From the NCBI GenBank assembly GCA_029261455.1, contig JAJDBH010000139.1, forward strand, positions 12,922 to 76,921: a stretch of 64,000 nt of DNA, read 5' to 3'. Shown one piece after another: positions 53,798 to 62,659 of this stretch. Made by a program: the position numbers and the translations under genes. The notes under the pieces were generated by a model. The model searched no databases, was not told where the DNA came from, and saw only the letters and a list, made by a program, of their open reading frames with translations. The DNA comes from Nitrospinaceae bacterium. GTDB lineage: Bacteria; Nitrospinota; Nitrospinia; Nitrospinales; VA-1. Position 1 is the first letter of the stretch. Each line of letters opens with the position of its first letter.

Positions 53798-56239
53798 CTA
53801 TTCCACGCTGACACCGCGCCGAGCGGCGGGGAAGGTCAGGGAGAACGTCGTTCCCTTGCCTTCTTGAGAGGAGACGTCAATCTTTCCGCCATGTTTCTCC
53901 ACCAGTTTATGGACGATGTTCAGTCCCAGCCCCGTTCCCTTACCTTGCTCCTTGGTGGTGAAAAATGGATCATAAATTTTCGACAAGTATTCTTTGGGAA
54001 TGCCCGGCCCTGTATCCTTTATTGTCGCAAAAACAACTCCATTTTGCCCTGCAGTTGATATTCTCAGTTCTCCTTTACCTTCCATCGCTTGTACTGCATT
54101 CGTCAGTAAATTAGTAAATATTTGTTGAATTTCTTCGGGCTTGGCTTTAATGGGAGGCAGCGCAGAAAAACTTTTATCTACTCTAATATCATTATTATAG
54201 GAAGTAAGAATTGCAATCTCGATGGCCGCATCGATACGTTCATTAAGGTCCACCTCTTTTTCTTCTACCAACCCGGCAGAGCGTGTGTAGCCCGACATAT
54301 TGAGAATGATCGACGCCATATGCTTGGAACGATCAAAAACTTTACTGGCATATTTATGAATTTTTTTCTGATCCTTTTCATCAAGAATAGCTTCCGTAAA
54401 ACCCATGATGGAGACCAGCGGATTGTTCAACTCATGGGCAATGCCCGCGGCAAGCGTACCCAGACCAGACAGCTTTTCCGCCATTGCCAGTTGATCATGC
54501 AACTCCACATCTTCCGTAACATCTCTTAAGAGCAGTCCAAGTCGTTCACCACTGCCATCATGAATAACAATATCAAAAATCTGGAAAGCGAAAACCTTTC
54601 CGTCCAGCTTGATAGTTTGTTTCATGCTTTGCAGGGAAGGAGATTCCTCCCGAGGAGCAAGAGGATCACGGGCGGTATAACATTGTATGCTTTGGCTCCC
54701 CAGACCATTGTTAGCAATGGGGACAACTTCACTATAATAATTGATGAGCGCTTCCTGCACATCCTTCCAGGCAGAGGAAGACTCCAGATCCTTTAAATGA
54801 TTCCCCAACAGTTGCTCGTCAGTTCGACCAGCGATATTTTCAAAGGCTTCATTCACGTATTCAATTTTCATCTTTGGGTCAAATATAGCCACTGCATCGG
54901 GCACACTTGTGAGAATACTGTCGGTGTATTCTTTGAGGTAACGGACTTCTTCAGTTTTTTCGCGCACCTTACTTTCCAACCCTGAAAAAGATTTTTGCAG
55001 TAAATCATTCATCTGATTCACTTCATTAGCAAGAGCCTCCAGTTCGTCTCCGGTTTTTATTTCCAAGGTTTCAACTTTTTCACCTTTACCAATGCGCTCC
55101 GCAGCTTTCTGTAGTCTTCTAATCGGCTGAACAATTTTCTTAGCCGCTAAAGAGCCCATGCCTCCGATCAGCAGAATGGACACCACCCCAGCCGTGGAGA
55201 TCCATAAAAAGAGTTTGTTCATGGGGGCGAATAATTCATCCGAAGCCTGCCAGGCAAACGTGTACCAATTCTTCCCTTCCGATTTCGTGATCAGTTCCCT
55301 AGTTTGCTGTAGAGGTGAAAATCCGATGATGGAAAGTTCTTCTCCTCCATGACCGTCTCCCATGGTTTTAACCCAATCTGGATTTTTCCCTGTAACACTC
55401 CTCACTAGAACGGGATCTTCCAACATAAATCCTGTTGGCAAAATCGGGCAATCAACCACCATGCCGCTCGAATCAATCATCATGACATGACCCGTTTCGC
55501 CAAAGGTGATTGGTTCGATGGAACCAGAAAAAAACTCCCTCGCATCAAACACATGATGCAAAACTCCTATCGTCCTCTCCTTTTCATCAAGAATCGGGAA
55601 GGCAAATGTCATCAAAAAAGATTCAGTTTTTTTATTAAAGGTGACCGGTCCTATATAAACAAACTCTTTTCCACCTGCAATGGTTTTTCCCCAATCAGGC
55701 TTTTCACTATGAAGCCATTCGGGGAAGTCGTTGATGCTTGCCCGGAGAACCCCGAAGGCATCGGTGACATACAATGCCTGCGTCGCAAGAACAGACAGTA
55801 TCTTTCTTTTCTGGAAACTTTGCAGTGCCCAACTGGCTTCTGACTCAAGAATGGGTTTGGTTGAGCCAGAAATTACTTCCTCAATCTGTATTTGCCGTGT
55901 TGCCGGGTTAAGGAGGGTCTGATTGAAATCTAAAATGCTTGATCGGATGGAAGGGTGAGCAGCATGGCGGATATTTCGTGATATCTCACCATCTATCAAT
56001 AAATCTACCTTGGTAGAAGTTTCATAAGCCAACGCCTTGAAGCTGGCTCCGATCACCCCCTGCAAGGATTTTGTCCCCTGCAAATAGGAAAGGATCATAG
56101 CCAGCATCAAGGGTAAGGCCCCAACCCCGAGCATAGTCCAGATTAATTTATTTTTTAATCCGGCACGTATGCCCTTCCGTATTTCAGTTACCCCGGAGCT
56201 TCTCGCTTGAGAAGAGGGATTGTCACGATGTGCATCCAT
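53798..56239 (-). CDS. Sensor histidine kinase (periplasmic Cache-like domain, HAMP, PAS, HisKA, HATPase)
   Basis: Two TM segments flank a periplasmic domain of about 300 aa. HAMP (IVQPIRRLQKAAERIGKGE), PAS, H-box AAGIAHELNNPL, DTGPGIP, GKGTGLGL. Confidence 0.85.
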   Translation of the reverse strand: MDAHRDNPSSQARSSGVTEIRKGIRAGLKNKLIWTMLGVGALPLMLAMILSYLQGTKSLQGVIGASFKALAYETSTKVDLLIDGEISRNIRHAAHPSIRSSILDFNQTLLNPATRQIQIEEVISGSTKPILESEASWALQSFQKRKILSVLATQALYVTDAFGVLRASINDFPEWLHSEKPDWGKTIAGGKEFVYIGPVTFNKKTESFLMTFAFPILDEKERTIGVLHHVFDAREFFSGSIEPITFGETGHVMMIDSSGMVVDCPILPTGFMLEDPVLVRSVTGKNPDWVKTMGDGHGGEELSIIGFSPLQQTRELITKSEGKNWYTFAWQASDELFAPMNKLFLWISTAGVVSILLIGGMGSLAAKKIVQPIRRLQKAAERIGKGEKVETLEIKTGDELEALANEVNQMNDLLQKSFSGLESKVREKTEEVRYLKEYTDSILTSVPDAVAIFDPKMKIEYVNEAFENIAGRTDEQLLGNHLKDLESSSAWKDVQEALINYYSEVVPIANNGLGSQSIQCYTARDPLAPREESPSLQSMKQTIKLDGKVFAFQIFDIVIHDGSGERLGLLLRDVTEDVELHDQLAMAEKLSGLGTLAAGIAHELNNPLVSIMGFTEAILDEKDQKKIHKYASKVFDRSKHMASIILNMSGYTRSAGLVEEKEVDLNERIDAAIEIAILTSYNNDIRVDKSFSALPPIKAKPEEIQQIFTNLLTNAVQAMEGKGELRISTAGQNGVVFATIKDTGPGIPKEYLSKIYDPFFTTKEQGKGTGLGLNIVHKLVEKHGGKIDVSSQEGKGTTFSLTFPAARRGVSVE

Positions 56240-56269
56240 ACATGGAACCTCTTATTATGGATACAGGGT

Positions 56270-56692
56270 TTAGACATAATCAAATTCTTGCGGAGATGCC
56301 AGCACCTCGGCAACTTTGGCCAACAATTTTTCTTTCTCAACAGGTTTGACCAGATAATCTTTCACACCTTTTTTCATCAAAGAAACTGCCAAGTCTGAGT
56401 CGGGATAACCCGTGACCACAATGATAGGAATAGAAGGTGCATTCTGTTTCAAGTAATCAATGGCCTCAATGCCATTGACCTTAGGCATTCTGATATCGCA
56501 AAGGATCAACCCAACTTGTAACAGGTTTGCACCTGACTTCATCATGTTAATACCTTCTTCTCCATCTGAAGCCTCGATCACATTGTATTTGCCCGACTCA
56601 AGGTGAAGCCTTAACACTTCTCTCACTTCTGCTTCATCATCGATGATAAGAATCTTTCCTTTGGTGCTGGAAGCATTTTCTATAAAGGACAT
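56270..56692 (-). CDS. Single-domain response regulator (CheY-like)
   Basis: KILIIDDE...LILCDIRMPKVNG...IIVVTGY...KDYLVKP. ATG at 56692 behind AGGAGG. Confidence 0.85.
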   Translation of the reverse strand: MSFIENASSTKGKILIIDDEAEVREVLRLHLESGKYNVIEASDGEEGINMMKSGANLLQVGLILCDIRMPKVNGIEAIDYLKQNAPSIPIIVVTGYPDSDLAVSLMKKGVKDYLVKPVEKEKLLAKVAEVLASPQEFDYV

Positions 56693-56932
56693 GGGGAACC
56701 TCCTGCTCAGGTTTGGGAACAAAGCTCACTGCCTGGGAAAAACTGCAATTTACTTTTTTCACAAAAAGTGAACTCAACCACTAACTTATAGGGAATATAA
56801 TTCCCGAAAAAGGATCCCGCCACAATTTACAAAATGAATTTTTTTTCATTAACAAGTTTCAGCCGCAGGACGCGACACAGGAAACAACCTCAACCTTATG
56901 TAATCCAAGGGGAAAATGATGCAAAAGCCTCA

Positions 56933-56970
56933 AAGAAGGCATTGTGCCATGAGGAACACAATGCCTTCTT
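56933..56970 (-). terminator. Terminator hairpin ending the cytochrome operon
   Basis: Perfect 14-bp inverted repeat AAGAAGGCATTGTG / CACAATGCCTTCTT, starting 4 nt after the trihaem cytochrome stop. Confidence 0.65.
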
Positions 56971-56973
56971 TAA

Positions 56974-57975
56974 TTATTGGCCTTTGAAGGTAGAACGAAC
57001 GTAAGCGATGACATCGGCCAGACTTTGCTCAGGCAAAGTCATACCCCAGTCCGGCATATTGGAAGATTTGCCGACACTTTTACCGCCAAAATAAATCAGG
57101 TTATATAAATAATCCTCTGGGTAATCTGAAAGTGGCAGATCGGCATGAACTGCCGGTTTTGGGTCCAAACCTTTAGCACCCGGTCCATCACCCTTACCTT
57201 GAGGACCATGACACTGCACACAATATTCTTTATAAACTTTGGCGCCTCGTTTCGCGTCGGATTTTTTGAAAGCCGCAGAATTCCACGGTTCGTAGAATTT
57301 AAAATCCTTCACACCCAGGGTCATGACATAACCTATAACATGGCGTGCCTTGCGAGCGCTGATGTCTGCCAGATATTCACCACTATGCGGGGTGAAGTCC
57401 TGAGGGTTTTCTGCGAACCGGCTCCACCAATCCAGATTGTATCGGTTGCCTGCATTAAAGAGGTCAACACTGATCGGGCCGCCCATGTTTTTTCCTTCAT
57501 CATCCTTAATCTGGTGACAACCCATGCAGGAATATTCCTTAAAAATCCCTGCCCCCAAGCTGGCCTCCATTTCCGTAAAGGTGGACATGTCGACAAAGCT
57601 TTTCTTGATCCGAGGGTCACGGTAAGTCTTTTCCATATAATCAGCGATCGCTATGGCTTCTTCCTTCATCAATACCATATGCTTGCCGGAAAAAGTGGAT
57701 TTGTCCCAGCGATAACTGTTGGGGTAAAGATTGTCTTCCTGCCCCATCAGTCGGCGGATCAACCAGGGACGTTGGTACTTAACGCCACTCCACATCAAGT
57801 CTGGGGCTTTCAACCCAAACTTGGACGCAGGTTTACCTTCAAACCTGTGGCAGTTTTTGCACTGACTGTTAATTATTTTTTCGGCGAACCCATCATCACC
57901 GGCCCAAAGGGCGGAAGGCATTGATATCAATAAAAACAGCAACACTGCGAAACATACAACTGATAATCGCCTCAT
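56974..57975 (-). CDS. Trihaem c-type cytochrome
   Basis: Signal peptide. Three CXXCH sites: CKNCH, CMGCH, CVQCH. Confidence 0.8.
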   Translation of the reverse strand: MRRLSVVCFAVLLFLLISMPSALWAGDDGFAEKIINSQCKNCHRFEGKPASKFGLKAPDLMWSGVKYQRPWLIRRLMGQEDNLYPNSYRWDKSTFSGKHMVLMKEEAIAIADYMEKTYRDPRIKKSFVDMSTFTEMEASLGAGIFKEYSCMGCHQIKDDEGKNMGGPISVDLFNAGNRYNLDWWSRFAENPQDFTPHSGEYLADISARKARHVIGYVMTLGVKDFKFYEPWNSAAFKKSDAKRGAKVYKEYCVQCHGPQGKGDGPGAKGLDPKPAVHADLPLSDYPEDYLYNLIYFGGKSVGKSSNMPDWGMTLPEQSLADVIAYVRSTFKGQ

Positions 57976-58004
57976 AATAATTCTCCCGTCCCTGTTAATA
58001 AACT

Positions 58005-58490
58005 TCAGACTATCAAAAACTGCTTTATGAATAAAATCAACTGCCAGATTTCCTCAGGCTTCAAAGTGGATTTATGAGCTGGCATGGCAGTACCCCGCGA
58101 GCCGTTCTGAATGACCCAGAACAACTGACCGTCTGGCAAGTCGCTCATCACTTCAGCGCATGTAAAGTTTCTCGGAGGTGGGTCCAACCTTCTTGCCAGA
58201 CTGCCATTACCATTGCCCTTGGCTCCATGACAGAGCTTGCAAGCAGTTGGTTTAGCATCTTTATTAAAAAGCCGCTTGCCCTCGGCCAGGTTTTTTGGAG
58301 TCGGTGGCACTGGGTTCTTCTTTTTAAGGTACCGACCTGGAGCCTTTCGGGTTTTGCGGTTCTGCGGACAAATCCCAGAAACCAACAGCACCGATCCATC
58401 CCTACTTTGAACGCGTGGCAGAACATCTTCGGCAACCACCTCTTGCCCTGACAATAATAGCGTTAAGGACAGTGCCAAAACCCGGAGCAT
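58005..58490 (-). CDS. Monohaem class-I cytochrome c (type B, no His-rich insert)
   Basis: Start MLRVLALSLTLLLSG at 58490. CPQNR, CKLCH, PPRNFTC, DGQLFWVIQNGSRGTAMP. Confidence 0.75.
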   Translation of the reverse strand: MLRVLALSLTLLLSGQEVVAEDVLPRVQSRDGSVLLVSGICPQNRKTRKAPGRYLKKKNPVPPTPKNLAEGKRLFNKDAKPTACKLCHGAKGNGNGSLARRLDPPPRNFTCAEVMSDLPDGQLFWVIQNGSRGTAMPAHKSTLKPEEIWQLILFIKQFLIV

Positions 58491-58494
58491 CGTT

Positions 58495-59061
58495 TTATTT
58501 TCTTCGAGGTTGAGAGAACTGACGCAAATAATGAATAATCTGCCATATTTGCTTGTCATCAAGATCTTTAAATGCCGGCATACCCGTTCCCGGTGAACCA
58601 TTGCGGATGATCCAGAACAACTGACCATCGGAAACATGCCGCATCGTTGCCTTGCAATTGAAATTCCGTGGCGATGGATTCAGCCCCTGCGCCATGATAC
58701 CTAGTCCATTACCATTCACACCATGGCAAATTTTGCAGGCCACCGGCTGAGCATCCACCTGGAACAAAGATTCACCTGCATAAATAGTGTCCCGGCTGGA
58801 TTCCAACGGATTAGGCTGGTCACGGATTTCATCAGGAGCCTGATCTGTATACCGCTTCTGCGGACAAGTGCCCTCACCGGCAAACCCCTGCCCATGGTGC
58901 CCGCGATGGTGACGCAAATGATGCCGATGTCCATATCCCATAGGCGGCGGTCCCGCTAATACATCAGATATCATCCCAAATATAAATATTCCCAGGATCA
59001 CACCAACGATACCAGCCTTGCTGAACCCTCTCTTCATATTGAACACCTGTAGAAAATCCAT
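58495..59061 (-). CDS. Monohaem cytochrome c (type B) with His-rich insert
   Basis: GYGHRHHLRHHRGHHGQG, CPQKR, CKICH, PRNFNC, DGQLFWIIRNGSPGTGMP. Start is 59061 or 59037. Confidence 0.75.
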   Translation of the reverse strand: MDFLQVFNMKRGFSKAGIVGVILGIFIFGMISDVLAGPPPMGYGHRHHLRHHRGHHGQGFAGEGTCPQKRYTDQAPDEIRDQPNPLESSRDTIYAGESLFQVDAQPVACKICHGVNGNGLGIMAQGLNPSPRNFNCKATMRHVSDGQLFWIIRNGSPGTGMPAFKDLDDKQIWQIIHYLRQFSQPRRK

Positions 59062-59065
59062 TCGA

Positions 59066-59488
59066 TTAATTACTTAGAGAAAATGTGCGGATGAAATGAA
59101 TCACACTCCAACCCTCTTCTTCGTTGATAACCTTGCCTACCCGCACCGGCATTTCCGTTCCCGGACTACCATTCCTCAATACCCACATGAGTTCGCCATC
59201 AGTCCGGGTCTCCTGCCATTTTGGATCGGTAAAATCTCTCGGCGAATGACCGGGCCGTTGCACCCCTTTGCCATCAACATTGTGGCAGGTGACACACTGG
59301 CCTTTACCAAAATAAATCAGTTGCCCGGAATCTATTCTCTCTGGAGTTGGCGAGTAGGGGTTATCCATATCCTGAAGTTCGTCTAAAAGTTCAGGAGGAA
59401 CCCTCGGCGCATAGTTATCTAGATGAAACGCTTCGGCCAAACCTGCAAGCAAGAGAGCCGCTATTAGAGTTAAATGGATCGTTCGCAT
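59066..59488 (-). CDS. Monohaem cytochrome c (type A)
   Basis: Signal peptide. PRVPPE, CVTCH, PRDFTD, DGELMWVLRNGSPGTEMP. Confidence 0.75.
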   Translation of the reverse strand: MRTIHLTLIAALLLAGLAEAFHLDNYAPRVPPELLDELQDMDNPYSPTPERIDSGQLIYFGKGQCVTCHNVDGKGVQRPGHSPRDFTDPKWQETRTDGELMWVLRNGSPGTEMPVRVGKVINEEEGWSVIHFIRTFSLSN

Positions 59489-59554
59489 AATTTGGATCCA
59501 TTATAATCAAAAAACAGCAAGGGTTACCACCCCAGCAACCATCTTCTTTCTAAA

Positions 59555-60208
59555 TCAATTACTGAGCTGGCGAATAAAATGAATCAATTGCCATATCTGC
59601 CTGTCAGTAAGGCTTTCGAAGGGAGGCATACCTGTACCGGGAGAACCATTTTTTATGATCCAAAACAATTGCCCGTCAGGAATTTTTTCCATCGTTTCTA
59701 CGCAAGTGAAGTTTCTTGGAGGCGGGGTCATGTCTCCACTCATCATGCCCAAACCATCGCCTGAGCCGTGACACATTGTGCAACTGGGTTGCGCATCCAA
59801 CTGAAAGAGCAGGCGCCCTTTTTCAATATTATCAGAGGAGTTTTCCAAGGGGTTGGTCGCATTATATAAAGATTCAGGAGCTTTGGCAGTAGCTCTGGGT
59901 TGCGGACATTGAGACTCGCCATCTAATCCGGGGCCACTGCCCCCATGGTGCATCATCCCATGTCTCGAACCTCTATGATGTCCTTTTCCACCACGCTCGC
60001 AACCCATATGCTGTTCTCCCTGCTTGCAGCCACCACGACGAGCAAGAATAATCGTCTCTTTATTTTCAAAATTGAGGAACCCTTTATCATCATTTGGAGA
60101 TGGGGAAACCCCTGCATAGACAGGGCCATTCAAAAGCAGAAATATCCCAAGAACAACAAAAAGCAATCTCGAAATTGTATTGAGTTTGTTTAACAATAAG
60201 TTCTTCAT
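59555..60208 (-). CDS. Monohaem cytochrome c (type B) with Cys/His/Met-rich insert
   Basis: GGCKQGEQHMGCERGGKGHHRGSRHGMMHHGG, CPQPR, CTMCH, PPRNFTC, DGQLFWIIKNGSPGTGMP. Confidence 0.75.
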   Translation of the reverse strand: MKNLLLNKLNTISRLLFVVLGIFLLLNGPVYAGVSPSPNDDKGFLNFENKETIILARRGGCKQGEQHMGCERGGKGHHRGSRHGMMHHGGSGPGLDGESQCPQPRATAKAPESLYNATNPLENSSDNIEKGRLLFQLDAQPSCTMCHGSGDGLGMMSGDMTPPPRNFTCVETMEKIPDGQLFWIIKNGSPGTGMPPFESLTDRQIWQLIHFIRQLSN

Positions 60209-60299
60209 AATTGAAAACCTCTAAATGTGTTCCTGGAATTGAGCTACCGCGTATTATCAGCAACCCTTTGACTGCAAAAATCAAACGATGAGATTTTCT

Positions 60300-60743
60300 T
60301 CACTTTCCAAATGAGCGGACATACAAAATCAAATGCCAGGCCTCTTCTTCAGTCACCACCGAAGGTACAAACTTAGCCATGGCAGTTCCTTCACTGCCAT
60401 TTTTCAAAATCCATAGCAGTTCCCCATCTTTCCGTGTGGTTTGCCAGACTTTATCAGTAAAGTTTCGCGGGAGCTTTCCTACCAGTCCGGGGATATCACT
60501 AAACCCTCTGCCATCTATTCCGTGGCAGGTCACACAAAATGCCTTGCCGGTAAAAAGGGCTTTGCCCTTTTCAATATTCTCTTTGGTAGAAGGAAAAGGA
60601 TTGACCCATGATCGCGCTTCTTCAATCTGGTCAGGAGGAACCCTGGGGTTCAGAATTTCTGAATCAGTTGCTGCGCTCGCCACAGGTAATAAGCAGAGGA
60701 GCAAGCCACAAAAGAGTCCTGTTCTCATCTTGTTCTCAAACAT
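60300..60743 (-). CDS. Monohaem cytochrome c (type A)
   Basis: Signal peptide. PRVPPD, CVTCH, PRNFTD, DGELLWILKNGSEGTAM. Confidence 0.75.
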   Translation of the reverse strand: MFENKMRTGLFCGLLLCLLPVASAATDSEILNPRVPPDQIEEARSWVNPFPSTKENIEKGKALFTGKAFCVTCHGIDGRGFSDIPGLVGKLPRNFTDKVWQTTRKDGELLWILKNGSEGTAMAKFVPSVVTEEEAWHLILYVRSFGK

Positions 60744-60823
60744 GCTCCAGCCTCCTTAAGTTAATTCTATATTTATTGAGAACACAGGGAGGACAAACAC
60801 CGCCCTCCCTATGCACGGTTTGG

Positions 60824-61345
60824 TTATTTGGTTCGAAAAACATGACCCACAGAGGTAGGTACTGTCACCGTTCCATCTGGAACAACCTGATCTTTACCCC
60901 AGAGGTGAAAAATAACACCATCTGTTTTGCCTGCGGCTTCCGCAAGGGCTTTCACTTCTTTGGGATCTTCAATATCAAGAATGACTACTCGCCCCGTATC
61001 AATCTCAACCTGATGATCATGGAATGCCCGGTTCCACTGGATAAGCGGCACATTCTTTCTAGCAAGGTCCTTTGCTATAAAATATTCCACGGCTACAAGT
61101 TTGGCATCGGGAGCAGTCGTTTCAAATAATAGGCATTGAAGAATCTCACCGCCTTGGATTCCCTTACAAAAATGATGATAAGGTCCACCGACCGTGCCAT
61201 TCGCCATCATGTGTGGTGCTTGAACATGAATGGTGTATCCATCTGCTGGCCCATTACCGCCACTAATGGCCGGGGTTGCCAGAAAACCTAAACCCACCAG
61301 GCTCAGGACACTTATCATTAAAATAGTTCTAATTGTTTTTTTCAT
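60824..61345 (-). CDS. Secreted DUF1264/OBAP-like protein
   Basis: Signal peptide. PYHHFCKG...LQCLLFETTAPDAKLVAVEYFI...WNRAFHDHQVEIDTG matches my recollection of the DUF1264 core (HHYC...QC..yd...ArLiGvEY...WHsH.yEv.sG). Not verified. Confidence 0.55.
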   Translation of the reverse strand: MKKTIRTILMISVLSLVGLGFLATPAISGGNGPADGYTIHVQAPHMMANGTVGGPYHHFCKGIQGGEILQCLLFETTAPDAKLVAVEYFIAKDLARKNVPLIQWNRAFHDHQVEIDTGRVVILDIEDPKEVKALAEAAGKTDGVIFHLWGKDQVVPDGTVTVPTSVGHVFRTK

Positions 61346-61476
61346 TGCTACCTCCTAATAGGTAATGAAAAGGATTAAAAATTTACACTTCATTTATGAA
61401 TCAATAATACTCGTGCAAAAAGTGTTAGCACACTTCTATTTAAACAACCTGAGACAAACTAGCCTATTGCTAAACC

Positions 61477-62043
61477 TCAAGATTGGTTGTTTTTTTCCCA
61501 ACGTTCCAGAGATACCAACCCGAATATCCCCGCAACCCACAAACCTGCTATGAATAACCAGGGAGAGAGTCCGGTGAGATCTACAAAAGTCACTTTTCCA
61601 AAGTTCCCTACACTCAAAATATGAGACTTTATCCATGGGTAAACTTCAGCAAATAAACCGGCACCCACAATCATTCCAAACACTCCTGCTATAGCGTGCC
61701 GGGAGCCTTCACCCATGGCGGCAACTGCGGTCCCTGGGCAATACCCCAATACCGCCATCCCTGCTCCAAAAATGAGTCCACCCAAGGCGTTCCCCAAGAG
61801 TGCCGTGGTCTTTACATGCAAAGCGATGTCAAAACCTAAAGCCCGCATGCCATATATACCCACGCTACCCACCATCACTGCCGTCAACATGATCTTAAGC
61901 ACAGTAAAGTCTTTCAACATGAATTGCCCCACAATCACGTTGTACCGGGTCACACCACCTTTTTGCAGTAAGAAACCAAATAAAAATCCTATAATTCCCC
62001 CCATCAAAATGGTGGCTGGGTTTGCAAAAAAATGTTCAAACAT
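61477..62043 (-). CDS. YeeE/YedE-family membrane protein, second half (DUF6691-like)
   Basis: Start MFEHFF at 62043 gives an ATGTTTGA overlap with the upstream stop. Polytopic. GYCPGTAVAA motif. Confidence 0.75.
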   Translation of the reverse strand: MFEHFFANPATILMGGIIGFLFGFLLQKGGVTRYNVIVGQFMLKDFTVLKIMLTAVMVGSVGIYGMRALGFDIALHVKTTALLGNALGGLIFGAGMAVLGYCPGTAVAAMGEGSRHAIAGVFGMIVGAGLFAEVYPWIKSHILSVGNFGKVTFVDLTGLSPWLFIAGLWVAGIFGLVSLERWEKNNQS

Positions 62044-62659
62044 TATTTTTCCCTCCCTTGCCATACAACAACCAGGCCGTAACAATTCCAGCGGCAAACA
62101 GGCAAAGAAAAAATATCCAGGAAGATACCGCCAATTGAAGGCTACCGGAAATTCCATGCCCGGAAGTGCAACCACCTGCCAAACGCGCCCCGAACATCAC
62201 AATAATCCCTGCCAAAAAAGCTCCTGCAAAACGAACGCCCTTTGAAGGACCAAACCGTACTTTCCAGATATCGGGAACGGTTTCACTTAAGCGGGTCGAT
62301 GATAACCATGATGCACAAAACGCTCCCAGAACCAACATTACCACTAATGCAAACTGCCATTCAAATACAGGGTAGGGTCCTTCCAAAGTTCCAAGGTATT
62401 TTACAAAATAGGCATTTGATCTAATATGGTCCTCAGACACCAATCCTTCAACCATTCCCGCAGTTCGAACAAAGGTTGTGGAGACTCCCAAGGCCTTATT
62501 CATCAAAGCAAAAGTAACCCATGAGAGTAAACCAATTCCGGTTCCTACTGCATAGGGTGACCACCGAGCTTTTTGAAATATTGAGAGCATTTTCTCTTCC
62601 ATTGCCTTTGTTTTTTTCAGCAACCGGTTAATGAGGTAGAAATTCTGGGGTTTGGGCAT
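62036..62659 (-). CDS. YeeE/YedE-family putative sulfur-compound transporter, first half
   Basis: Polytopic. LAGGCTSGHGISG is the family signature. Start uncertain (62659, 62602 or 62590). Confidence 0.75.
   Translation of the reverse strand: MPKPQNFYLINRLLKKTKAMEEKMLSIFQKARWSPYAVGTGIGLLSWVTFALMNKALGVSTTFVRTAGMVEGLVSEDHIRSNAYFVKYLGTLEGPYPVFEWQFALVVMLVLGAFCASWLSSTRLSETVPDIWKVRFGPSKGVRFAGAFLAGIIVMFGARLAGGCTSGHGISGSLQLAVSSWIFFLCLFAAGIVTAWLLYGKGGKNNV

Noticed and set aside
53557-54058. Track ORFs 53557-53739 and 53717-54058 (plus strand)
   Set aside because: The first spans a REP-like copy in an intergenic region and has no SD. The second is antisense to the 3' end of the histidine kinase gene.
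57145-57924. 259-aa plus-strand ORF
   Set aside because: It is entirely antisense to the trihaem cytochrome gene, which has a signal peptide and three CXXCH motifs. The plus-frame product has no recognisable motif.
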